From an uncultured Candidatus Saccharibacteria bacterium (lineage in GTDB: Bacteria > Patescibacteriota > Doudnabacteria > UBA920): DNA of 45,883 nt. The notes beneath the pieces were generated by a model. That model ran no database searches, was not told the origin of the DNA, and saw only the letters and a program-made list of their open reading frames with translations. The stretch is taken from NCBI GenBank assembly GCA_964561655.1, contig CAZLQG010000002.1:1-45883 (forward strand), given 5' to 3'. Below are positions 25,441 to 34,195 of this stretch, piece after piece. Position numbers and translations under genes: made by a program. Position 1 is the stretch's first letter. Each line of letters begins with the position of its first letter.

Positions 25441-26904
25441 ATGAAATCCATAGATTCCGTTAATTTTCCAAAAAGAGAAGAACCAAGCGCGCAAGCCAAA
25501 CCTCGCGTAGCTTTTTACAAAAACGCCGGACATCACCTGCCAACCCAGGAAGTCTCACCGCAAGGCCCGCAGCCGAAAAAAACTCCGAAAATCCTTAAAA
25601 CGGCTGTTTTATTAATTGTCATAATTATAGTTATTTTGGCCGGGCTCACAATTTCCAAAGCCGTGAACCTCTCCAACAAAATTTTTGTCGGTCAAAAAAC
25701 CAGCTTTTTTCAAAAAATCAAGGACGTTCTAAGAGGGGGCGGCGGAGAAGTTAGGCTTGTAGGAGAAGACTTGAACCAAATCAATATTTTGCTTTTGGGC
25801 ATCGGCGGAGAGGGACACGACGGTCCCTACCTGACCGATACTATGATACTGGCGCAGGTTCGGCCGGACATTGGCCAGGTGGCTCTGACTTCTATTCCGC
25901 GCGATTACCTCATCAATTTACCGGAAAACTTGGGCCAGCGGAAAATCAACAGCGCTTTTGCCGAAGGTTTAGCACGCTATAAAGATTTTGGTGAAGCGGG
26001 GCGCTTTGCCAGAGAGGCCGTGGAAGAAATGTCAGGCCTTACCGTTCCCTATTTTGCGGTCATGGACTTTGGCGGTTTTGAAAAAGCCATAGACGAAATA
26101 GACGGTTTGGATATTTACGCAGACAAAACCTTTACCGATTACAGTTTTCCCGACGGCCGTGGCGGATATCTCGCTCCGCTTACTTTCCAGCAGGGCTGGG
26201 AGCATATGGACGGGCAACGCGCATTGCAGTTTGTCCGCTCCCGCCACGCCGCGGGCAATGAAGGTTCTGACTTTGCCAGAAGCCAAAGGCAGCAAAAAGT
26301 TATCCAAGCTTTTAAAGACAAAATTTTAAACCTTTACGACATTTCTAACGTAGGCAAAATCAATAACCTTTTAAACATTTTTGCCGACCATTTCCACACC
26401 AACGTGAGCCCGGGAGAAATTTTGCGTATGTATAACATCGTTAAAGAAAGAAACATTCAGACTTTTCTTTCGGTCAGCTTAGACCTTTCCACTGGCCTTA
26501 TTTGCCCCAAAATTTTGGAAGACAACGGCGCCTACGTGCTGGTACCTTGCGCGGGAAAAAGCGAACAGGATATAAAAGACTTTTTCAAAAATATGTTCAC
26601 CCTGGGAAAGGCGCGCAAAGAGCAAAGCGTTGTCTGGCTCGCGAGCAGTACCGGCAGCGCCCAGGCTTACAAAGACGCGGCACAAATCTTGCAGGGCATC
26701 GGCCTTACGGTATTTGAACTTGGGTACGAGCCCGACTTTTTGCCCAAAACAATTTTTTATCAGGTAAACCCCAAACCCGGCACAGCCGAATTCATAAAAA
26801 ACGCTTTTGACGCCCAAGAAGTAAGCCTGTCCCCGCCGGGAGTTACCATAGACAAGGACAGGGTTGATGTGATTGTGATTTTGGGGGAAAACTATTCTAA
26901 TTGA
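25441..26904 (+). CDS. LCP (LytR-CpsA-Psr) family protein
   Basis: TM anchor, then NILLLGIGGEGHDGPYLTDTMILAQV, SIPRD and RSRH. An extra C-terminal domain is present. Confidence 0.85.
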   Translation: MKSIDSVNFPKREEPSAQAKPRVAFYKNAGHHLPTQEVSPQGPQPKKTPKILKTAVLLIVIIIVILAGLTISKAVNLSNKIFVGQKTSFFQKIKDVLRGGGGEVRLVGEDLNQINILLLGIGGEGHDGPYLTDTMILAQVRPDIGQVALTSIPRDYLINLPENLGQRKINSAFAEGLARYKDFGEAGRFAREAVEEMSGLTVPYFAVMDFGGFEKAIDEIDGLDIYADKTFTDYSFPDGRGGYLAPLTFQQGWEHMDGQRALQFVRSRHAAGNEGSDFARSQRQQKVIQAFKDKILNLYDISNVGKINNLLNIFADHFHTNVSPGEILRMYNIVKERNIQTFLSVSLDLSTGLICPKILEDNGAYVLVPCAGKSEQDIKDFFKNMFTLGKARKEQSVVWLASSTGSAQAYKDAAQILQGIGLTVFELGYEPDFLPKTIFYQVNPKPGTAEFIKNAFDAQEVSLSPPGVTIDKDRVDVIVILGENYSN

Positions 26905-26906
26905 AC

Positions 26907-26995
26907 AAGATTAAGTAAGATTAAATAAGATTGACCAAGATTGGTTCTGGATCATGGTCAATCATGGTCAATCATGGTCAATCATGGTCAATCAT
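26907..26995. repeat. 10-bp phased repeat block: 4x AAGATT(N4), then 4.5x perfect ATCATGGTCA
   Basis: AAGATT occurs at 26907, 26917, 26927 and 26937. ATCATGGTCA runs in tandem over 26951-26995. The block fills the whole LCP-der spacer and contains the der start. Confidence 0.9.
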
Positions 26996-28315
26996 AATTT
27001 ACCCATCATCGCCATTGTCGGTGGGCCTAATGTAGGAAAGTCCACGCTCTTAAATAAAATCGCGAGGGAAAGGCTCGCGGTGACTTCGGATTTGCCGGGC
27101 ACCACGCGCGACCGGCAATATTTGGACACTTCTTTTAACGGAGTAAATTTTACGCTGATTGATACCGCGGGGCTTTCTTTTGAACGCGGCGGTGAACTGG
27201 AAAACAATATCCAAAAACAGCTGGAAGTGGCGATCAGCGAAGCGGATGCAATTATTTTGGTTGTCGACGGAAAACAACCGGTGCAAAATTTGGAACAAAA
27301 AGCGCTTTTGAAATTCAGAAAGATAAAAAAACCGACTGTTTTGGCGGTGAACAAAGTTGACTCGCCTAAAAACCGTGAACAGCAAATTGAGGAATTTAAA
27401 AAACTAGGCATTAAACCTCTTTTTCCCATTTCCTCGGTCACCGGCAGCGGGGTTGGAGACCTGCTGGAATACATAGCCGAACTGGTCGCAACGTCAGAAA
27501 AATCTGTAGAAAAAGATAAAAAATTAAACGAGACCATCTCCGTAGCCATTGTTGGCAAACCGAACGTTGGCAAGTCCAGTATCTTTAACGCAATTTTAAA
27601 AGATGAGCGCGCGGTGGTTTCTGTCATCCCCGGTACTACTCGAACGGCGATTGATGATAAAATTACTATAGAAGAAACCGGCTATACTTTCATAGACACG
27701 GCCGGCCTTAAGAAAAAAGTTCACCGCCAGCACGAAGCCGACATCTTTGGCGGCTTTCAGACATTTAAGTCCATAAGAAGAAGCAATGTTTGTTTGTTTA
27801 TAATTGATGCGTCAGAACCGATAACAAAACAAGATTTGATAATTGCCCGCGAAATTATAGACCAAAACAAAGGCGCGGTTCTTATTGCCAATAAAATTGA
27901 CCTACTTGAGGGCAGTAAAAAACAGTTGCAAATTTATTTAAGCCAGCACTTTCCTTTCTTATGGATGTGCCCCGTATTTTTTGTTTCGGCCGCATCCGGC
28001 CAAGGATTAGAGGAAGCCATTAAAGCCATAAAACCGATTTACGATGCCAGGCAAAAACGGATTGATGATGAAGCTTTGGAAAAATTCCTGCAGAAAAAAT
28101 TAAAACAAGCCCCGCCGAGGCGGCTTTTGGACCAAAAAATTCCAAAAGTATTCTCTTTAAGACAAATTGATGTTAGCCCGCCAATGTTCGAGCTTTTAGT
28201 CAACCACCCCGCGGCAATTTCCAAACAATTCCGGGATTTTCTAAAAAATTCTATTATCAGAGACTTGAACTACTGGGGCATGCCGATTGTGTTAAAATTA
28301 AGGGGTAAAAAATAA
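26984..28315 (+). CDS. der: ribosome-associated GTPase Der (EngA)
   Basis: Two GTPase domains (GGPNVGKS and GKPNVGKS, DTAG twice, NKVD/NKID). Start taken as the ATG in the fourth repeat unit (26984); the in-frame ATG at 26954 is the alternative. Confidence 0.92.
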   Translation: MVNHNLPIIAIVGGPNVGKSTLLNKIARERLAVTSDLPGTTRDRQYLDTSFNGVNFTLIDTAGLSFERGGELENNIQKQLEVAISEADAIILVVDGKQPVQNLEQKALLKFRKIKKPTVLAVNKVDSPKNREQQIEEFKKLGIKPLFPISSVTGSGVGDLLEYIAELVATSEKSVEKDKKLNETISVAIVGKPNVGKSSIFNAILKDERAVVSVIPGTTRTAIDDKITIEETGYTFIDTAGLKKKVHRQHEADIFGGFQTFKSIRRSNVCLFIIDASEPITKQDLIIAREIIDQNKGAVLIANKIDLLEGSKKQLQIYLSQHFPFLWMCPVFFVSAASGQGLEEAIKAIKPIYDARQKRIDDEALEKFLQKKLKQAPPRRLLDQKIPKVFSLRQIDVSPPMFELLVNHPAAISKQFRDFLKNSIIRDLNYWGMPIVLKLRGKK

Positions 28316-28317
28316 AT

Positions 28318-28899
28318 ATGAAGATAGTCGTCGGTTTAGGCAATCCAGGAGAAAAATATAAAACCACCCGCCATAACGTGGCTTGGTTAGGCATAGACGC
28401 TTTAATGGATTTTTGGACTAACCCATTAGTACCCGGCTCTGGGAAGTGGGTTAATGAACCAAAATTCAAATCATTAATTTCCGACACGACAATTAAAAAT
28501 CAAAAAGTTCTGTTTGTCTATCCTCAAACCTATATGAACGAATCGGGCACAACGGTTCAAAACATATGCGACTACTACAAAGATCGGATTAATATTTCAG
28601 AGGATCTGCTAGTAATCCATGACGATACTGATCTACCACTGGGAACCATCAAGGTCACTAACTCCTCATCTTCCGCCGGACACAACGGCGCGCAGGACAT
28701 TATAGACAAACTAGGCACGCAGGATTTCCATCGCATTCGGATAGGCGTTGAATCAAGAAGCTCGCGTGGTCAAATACCAACCGAAGCTTTTGTTCTACAA
28801 AATTTTAGTGATGAGGAATTAAAAAAACTGCGAGACGAAGTCCTGCCAAAAGTGAACCAAGAAATAAAAAAGTTTTTGAAATTAGAAATTGAAAATTAG
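28318..28899 (+). CDS. pth: peptidyl-tRNA hydrolase
   Basis: MKIVVGLGNPGEKYKTTRHNVAW and HDDTDLPLG. Confidence 0.93.
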   Translation: MKIVVGLGNPGEKYKTTRHNVAWLGIDALMDFWTNPLVPGSGKWVNEPKFKSLISDTTIKNQKVLFVYPQTYMNESGTTVQNICDYYKDRINISEDLLVIHDDTDLPLGTIKVTNSSSSAGHNGAQDIIDKLGTQDFHRIRIGVESRSSRGQIPTEAFVLQNFSDEELKKLRDEVLPKVNQEIKKFLKLEIEN

Positions 28900-28908
28900 A
28901 AATTGCAA

Positions 28909-28940
28909 CAAAGAAAACCGCTTTGCGGTTTTCTTTGTTT
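28909..28940 (+). terminator. rho-independent terminator after pth
   Basis: CAAAGAAAACCGC-TTT-GCGGTTTTCTTTG followed by TTT. Confidence 0.8.
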
Positions 28941-29171
28941 GCGTCCGTTACCCCATTTGCAAGTGAAAGGCAGCAGACAAACGCCTACAAACCTTTACTT
29001 AGTGCTAGTAGCAAGCAATAGGAGGGATAATACTTACTTTCGCGACTTGCAAACAGGATGGCGGATACAAAAATCAAAGAACAAATACTTTAATATATAA
29101 TTATACTCCTAAATTCTCTTCTTGTCAACCCTTTAACATAAAACTGTCCTTATTTAAGCACAAAATCCAAA

Positions 29172-30266
29172 ATGCTTCAAGATTCCCTGTATTTGCACGG
29201 GCTGAACTTATTTCCACAATTCGGCCCGGCAAGGCTTTATAAAATCTGTAAAAAAATCAAAAGTTTCCAGGAAGCCTATAATGCTTCCCCAAAAGCACTA
29301 ATAGCTTGCGGCATAGAACCGGAAATCGCCCAGGCTTTTTTACAACTTCGCGGGCAGATTAATATTGAAAGCGAGTCCGAAGAGCTTGAAAAGGCGCAAA
29401 TCAAAATCCTTACCTATCAAGATCCAATTTATCCCAAACTGCTTTTAGAAATTCCCAAATATCCTCCCCTGCTCTATTATAGAGGTAAAATGGCGGACGC
29501 CGAAGAGCTCTGCGTTTCTGTTGTCGGTACCAGGAAAATCACCACCTATGGCAGGAGCGTAATCCCCGATCTTTTGACGCCTTTGGTTGAAGCAGGCGTA
29601 AGTATAGTCTCGGGCATGGCCTTTGGCGTGGACAGCGAGGCCCACAAACTTGCGATCAATCGCCGCAAGAGAACTATAGCAGTTTTGGGAGGGGGACTTG
29701 ACGACGCTTCGCTGTACCCCAAGCACCACCAGCTCCTTGCCCACGAAATTTTGGAAAACGGAGGCGCGCTTTTAAGCGAATACCCTATCGGCACGCCTTC
29801 CTTAAAACATCACTTTGTTTCCAGGAACAGGATTATTTCGGGAATTTCCGTTGCTACCGTGATAATTGAATGCAACTTAAAAAGCGGGTCCTTAATTACC
29901 GCACGCTACGCGCTTGATCAAAACCGGCAGGTCTACGCCGTGCCCGGGCCGATATATGCCGAAACCAGCCAAGGACCCAACAATTTAATTAAAATGGGCG
30001 CCAAACTCATAACTCAGACCAATGACATTATGGAAGATTTAAATTTAAAAACCCTGCCTGCGCAAAAACAGGCGCAAGAGCTGTTCGGCGATTCTCCGGC
30101 TGAAAGCGCAATACTTAAAATCTTAAGCAGAGAGCCTGTTCATGCGAATGAACTAATTAAGCAGTCCGGCCTCTCCCCCTCCGACGCCGCCTCGGCCTTG
30201 ACTTTTTTAGAAATGAAAGGCAAAGTTAGAAACTTAGGGGGACAGCAGTACATACTTAGCAGGTAA
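29172..30266 (+). CDS. dprA: DNA-processing protein DprA (Smf)
   Basis: 364 aa with VVGTRKITTYG...GMAFGVDSEAHK...VPGPI and a C-terminal winged-helix-like tail. Confidence 0.9.
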   Translation: MLQDSLYLHGLNLFPQFGPARLYKICKKIKSFQEAYNASPKALIACGIEPEIAQAFLQLRGQINIESESEELEKAQIKILTYQDPIYPKLLLEIPKYPPLLYYRGKMADAEELCVSVVGTRKITTYGRSVIPDLLTPLVEAGVSIVSGMAFGVDSEAHKLAINRRKRTIAVLGGGLDDASLYPKHHQLLAHEILENGGALLSEYPIGTPSLKHHFVSRNRIISGISVATVIIECNLKSGSLITARYALDQNRQVYAVPGPIYAETSQGPNNLIKMGAKLITQTNDIMEDLNLKTLPAQKQAQELFGDSPAESAILKILSREPVHANELIKQSGLSPSDAASALTFLEMKGKVRNLGGQQYILSR

Positions 30267-30307
30267 TTTCCAATTCTCAATTTCCAAATTGAAACATTAA
30301 AAATTCA

Positions 30308-31453
30308 ATGGAAATTAAAAATTTAAAATTAAAAATTCTGGTTCCCCTTCTCTTCACCCTGGCCGTCGCCTTGGGCTTGCTTCAAAGCCAAAACGGTAAT
30401 TTTTTCGTATTCAAAAATCAAAAATCTGACATAGCGGTAAGCGATAAAAGCCTAAGGGGTTATTATGAAAAATCTTTAGAACTTGCCGGGCAAAACCAAA
30501 ATAAATCTACGGCAAGCTTTTTGGCCGTAGGTGATATCATGCTTTCCAGAAACGTGGCGAGCAAGATCAAACAGGCTAATGATCCCCTCCTTCCTTTTTC
30601 TGCCATGGCCGATGTGTTTTCTGAGGTTGATTTTTCTTTCGGAAATTTAGAATCCCCATTTTCCGGCAGCGACTATATACCCCCTACCGGAAGCCTGATT
30701 TTTAATGCGCCGGATGAAAACATCAAAGGATTAAAACAAAATCAATTCAAAATAGTAAGCCTTGCCAATAATCACGCGCTGGATCAGGGGTTGGATGGCT
30801 TAGAGCGTACCATAGGATTCTTGAACAAAGACGGGATTCAAAAAATCGGCGCAGGGGTAAATCTTGACCAGGCCTGGCAGCCCGCAGTGATTAATCAAAA
30901 TGGAATTAACATTTGCTTTCTCGCCGCCTCTTACGCTTCGCTGAATGATGGAGGTAAAAACAGTAATGATTTCGTGGCCCGCATAGAAGACATTGAAAAT
31001 TTAAAATTGAAAATTGAAAATTCAAAGTCGCTTTGCGACTTTGTAGTTGTCTCCATGCACGCGGGCACGGAATACGTAAAAACCCCAAACCAGGCGCAAA
31101 TAGATTTTGCCCACGCTGCGATTGACGCCGGCGCTGACATAATTATTGGCCACCATCCCCATTGGGTCCAGACCACAGAAACTTACAAAGGCAAATATAT
31201 TTTCTACTCCCTTGGCAACTTTATTTTTGACCAAATGTGGAGTCAGGAAACAAGAGAAGGCTTAGCGCTTAAAATACAAATCTCCAAAAACCAAGTGCCA
31301 ACCCTACAGGGGCCAAAAGGATCAGCGCAGCTTGAAAGTATTGAACTAATTCCAATAATTATAGAAAACTACAGCACGCCAAGACCGGCAAACGAAGAAG
31401 AGGCGAAAAATATTTTGGAAAAAATCGGAGAAACCGAAAACATTTTGCAATAG
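30308..31453 (+). CDS. CapA-family (PGA_cap) metallophosphatase-like protein
   Basis: VGDIMLSR, NNHALD, HAGTEY and GHHPHW, with an N-terminal TM helix. Confidence 0.85.
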   Translation: MEIKNLKLKILVPLLFTLAVALGLLQSQNGNFFVFKNQKSDIAVSDKSLRGYYEKSLELAGQNQNKSTASFLAVGDIMLSRNVASKIKQANDPLLPFSAMADVFSEVDFSFGNLESPFSGSDYIPPTGSLIFNAPDENIKGLKQNQFKIVSLANNHALDQGLDGLERTIGFLNKDGIQKIGAGVNLDQAWQPAVINQNGINICFLAASYASLNDGGKNSNDFVARIEDIENLKLKIENSKSLCDFVVVSMHAGTEYVKTPNQAQIDFAHAAIDAGADIIIGHHPHWVQTTETYKGKYIFYSLGNFIFDQMWSQETREGLALKIQISKNQVPTLQGPKGSAQLESIELIPIIIENYSTPRPANEEEAKNILEKIGETENILQ

Positions 31454-31565
31454 ATCCTAAAAAAGATCCCTCGACAAGCTCGGGACAAAATGTTTATAAA
31501 ACGTATTTCGTTTGACAATTATTTTCTTTATGGTTAAACTCACGTTTGTAATCTTTTGTAATCTT

Positions 31566-33851
31566 ATGAGCAAACCGTTAATTATTGTAGAAAGCCCGAC
31601 GAAAGCGAGAACCATCTCGCGGTTTTTGGGCAATGGTTATAAAATAGAAGCCTCTATGGGCCATGTGCGAGATTTGCCCAAATCCAAGCTTTCCATAGAC
31701 GTGGAGAAAGACTTTGAACCAAAATATATTATTCCCGCCAAAGCCAAAGAAACAGTAAAAAAACTTAAAACGGAAGCAAAAAACGCTTCTTCTATAATTT
31801 TGGCAACTGACGAAGACCGCGAAGGCGAGGCAATTTCTTGGCACTTGGTGCAGGCTTTGGGCTTGGGCGACGAGGAAGAAATTGATGAAAATAAACAGGA
31901 CGGACGGATTCAGCGCATTGTTTTCCACGAGATTACTAAGCCCGCAATAGAACACGCCCTTAAAAACCCACGCAAGCTGGATTTAAATTTAATAGACGCC
32001 CAGCAGGCCAGAAGAGTATTAGACAGGCTGGTAGGCTACGAACTTTCGCCATTTTTATGGAGAAAAATCAGGTACGGCCTTAGCGCCGGGCGCGTGCAGT
32101 CGGTCGCGGTGCGGCTTATTGTGGAGCGTGAACGAGAAATTCAAAACTTTAAAAAAGAAGAGTACTGGAGCATAGAAGCAAAGCTCTCTAAAAAAGAGGA
32201 AGCCAAACACCAGTTCATAGCAAAACTTCATTCAGTAGACGGCAAAGCTTTGGGTAAAATGGGCGTTAAAGTAGAGGCGGATGCAAAAAAAATCGAAGCA
32301 AATTTAAAAGGCGCGCAGTACAAAGTTTTAGAAATCACCCGAAAAGAAGTCAAAAGAAACCCCGCTCCCGCGTTTACCACTTCCACACTCCAGCAGGAAG
32401 CCGCGCGCAAATTCGGAATGTCCGCCAAGCAAACCATGGTCATTGCCCAGCAATTGTATGAAGGAATTAAGCTTGGAAGCAAAGGCCACCACGGCCTTAT
32501 TACCTACATGAGAACAGACAGCGTTAATTTGGCTCAAACCGCTTTGCAAACTATTAAAGAACAAATAAAAAAAGAATTCGGCGCAAACTATGCTCTGGAG
32601 AAACCACGATTCTACGCCAACCGCTCAAAAGGAGCCCAAGAAGCGCACGAAGCCATCCGCCCGACCGACATCGCCAAGGCTCCAGAAAACATAGCCAGCC
32701 ACTTGGACAAAGGCCAGCAAAAAATCTATGGTATAATCTGGAAGCGCGCCATGGCCTGCCAAATGGCGCAGGCGGTATTAGAGCAAACCACAGTAGATAT
32801 AAACGCGAAAGATAAATATATATTCAGGGCCAACGGCCAAGTAATAAAATTTGACGGTTTCATTCGCGCTTATACAGAAGGGCATGACGACAACGGTGAA
32901 GAGGAAATAGAAGGCATGCTTCCAGAGCTTAATAAAGATGAGGCTCTTAAGCTTCACGAACTCTTACCGCTCCAGCATTTTACCGAACCTCCTGCCCGCT
33001 ATACGGATGCTACTTTAATTAAAGCCCTAGAAGCCCACGGCATTGGCAGGCCCAGCACTTACGCGCCGACTCTTACCACCGTTCAGGACAGAGGCTACGT
33101 AGAAAAAATTGAAAAACGCTACCATCCGGTAGAGATTGGCTTTGTGGTAAACGACATGCTGGTGGAAAATTTTCCGGAGATAGTGGACATTAACTTTACC
33201 TCGCACATAGAAGAAGAGTTGGACGACATCGCCGAAGGCAAAATCAAATGGCAGGAAGTGGCGCGCGAATTTTACGGGCCGTTCAAACAACATCTGACGG
33301 AAAAAGAAAAAACCGTGGAAAAACAGGTGGAAGAAACCGACATCCCCTGCCCGACTTGCGGAAAGATGATGGTTATAAAATACGGCAGGATGGGAAAATT
33401 TCTGGCTTGTCCAGACTTGGAATGCAAAACCACCAAGCCGCTTCCCGAAGAGGAAGCTAAAATCAAGGAATTGGAAGAAAAAACTAAGGACGAGAAATGC
33501 CCGATTTGCGGTTCGCCGATGACCGTACGGCGCGGACGTTTCGGATATTTCTTGGGATGTTCACGCTACCCCGAATGCAAAGGCATTTCTAAAATTTGGA
33601 ATAAAATTGGCTTTAAATGCCCAAACTGTTTAGCAAACTCTGAGAGAAAAGACAATCCTGGAGATGTGGTAGAACGCAAATCCCGCGGCCGCGGAAAATC
33701 ATTCTTTGGCTGCAATCGTTTTCCGGATTGCAACTTCATTACCAACAAAAAACCTGAAAACGAAAAAGATCTCCAAGAAGCTTACGAACATTGGAAAAAA
33801 AATCCACCCAAACCAAGAAAAACTTATAGAAAGAAAAAAACCGCGAAGTAA
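31566..33851 (+). CDS. topA: DNA topoisomerase I
   Basis: TOPRIM IVESPTKA/ATDEDREGEAI, active-site region ITYMRTDS and four C-terminal C4 zinc ribbons. Start set to ATG 31566 (MSKPLIIVESP). Confidence 0.95.
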   Translation: MSKPLIIVESPTKARTISRFLGNGYKIEASMGHVRDLPKSKLSIDVEKDFEPKYIIPAKAKETVKKLKTEAKNASSIILATDEDREGEAISWHLVQALGLGDEEEIDENKQDGRIQRIVFHEITKPAIEHALKNPRKLDLNLIDAQQARRVLDRLVGYELSPFLWRKIRYGLSAGRVQSVAVRLIVEREREIQNFKKEEYWSIEAKLSKKEEAKHQFIAKLHSVDGKALGKMGVKVEADAKKIEANLKGAQYKVLEITRKEVKRNPAPAFTTSTLQQEAARKFGMSAKQTMVIAQQLYEGIKLGSKGHHGLITYMRTDSVNLAQTALQTIKEQIKKEFGANYALEKPRFYANRSKGAQEAHEAIRPTDIAKAPENIASHLDKGQQKIYGIIWKRAMACQMAQAVLEQTTVDINAKDKYIFRANGQVIKFDGFIRAYTEGHDDNGEEEIEGMLPELNKDEALKLHELLPLQHFTEPPARYTDATLIKALEAHGIGRPSTYAPTLTTVQDRGYVEKIEKRYHPVEIGFVVNDMLVENFPEIVDINFTSHIEEELDDIAEGKIKWQEVAREFYGPFKQHLTEKEKTVEKQVEETDIPCPTCGKMMVIKYGRMGKFLACPDLECKTTKPLPEEEAKIKELEEKTKDEKCPICGSPMTVRRGRFGYFLGCSRYPECKGISKIWNKIGFKCPNCLANSERKDNPGDVVERKSRGRGKSFFGCNRFPDCNFITNKKPENEKDLQEAYEHWKKNPPKPRKTYRKKKTAK

Positions 33852-33865
33852 TTCGCGGTTTTTTA
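33841..33865. terminator. bidirectional terminator between topA and the convergent ORF
   Basis: CCGCGAA-GTAA-TTCGCGG is flanked by an A-run and a T-run. The stem overlaps the topA stop codon. Confidence 0.8.
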
Positions 33866-33866
33866 T

Positions 33867-34184
33867 TTATCCCATATCACCTACAACATGTTCTCCATGA
33901 GCTCTTCTTATCTCTTCCTCTAAATTTTTATTCTCCACCAAATTAATTAGCTGTTGGGCTCTAAAAGCTTCACTTGTTCCACACTCATCCATATGCTCCT
34001 TAAAATAATTAACCCAATATATGAATGTAGGAATATCTCTGGCCTCAGCATTCTTTAAGATTTCAGTGATGGTATATCGTCCAGTAAACACATAATTCTG
34101 AATCATTTGGTCTACGGAATTTTTTTCCCTTTTCTCCCTTCTAAGCATTTCTCCTAATCCTCTTAAATGTTCTCTAAAATTCAT
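33867..34184 (-). CDS. hypothetical protein
   Basis: 105-aa ORF with an ATG start and no recognisable motif. Confidence 0.55.
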   Translation of the reverse strand: MNFREHLRGLGEMLRREKREKNSVDQMIQNYVFTGRYTITEILKNAEARDIPTFIYWVNYFKEHMDECGTSEAFRAQQLINLVENKNLEEEIRRAHGEHVVGDMG

Positions 34185-34195
34185 TTTTTAAACTA

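Noticed and set aside
26951-26995. CRISPR-like array
   Set aside because: The units are 10 bp and directly abutting, with no spacers, and no cas genes are present. This is a simple tandem repeat.
26992-27627. 211-aa minus-strand ORF
   Set aside because: It lies entirely antisense to the well-supported der gene and has low-complexity Ser/Thr/Phe content, so it is a shadow ORF.
28903-29100. 65-aa plus-strand ORF between pth and dprA
   Set aside because: It begins inside the pth terminator hairpin, has no SD and has an odd composition. The region is better described as a long RNA hairpin.
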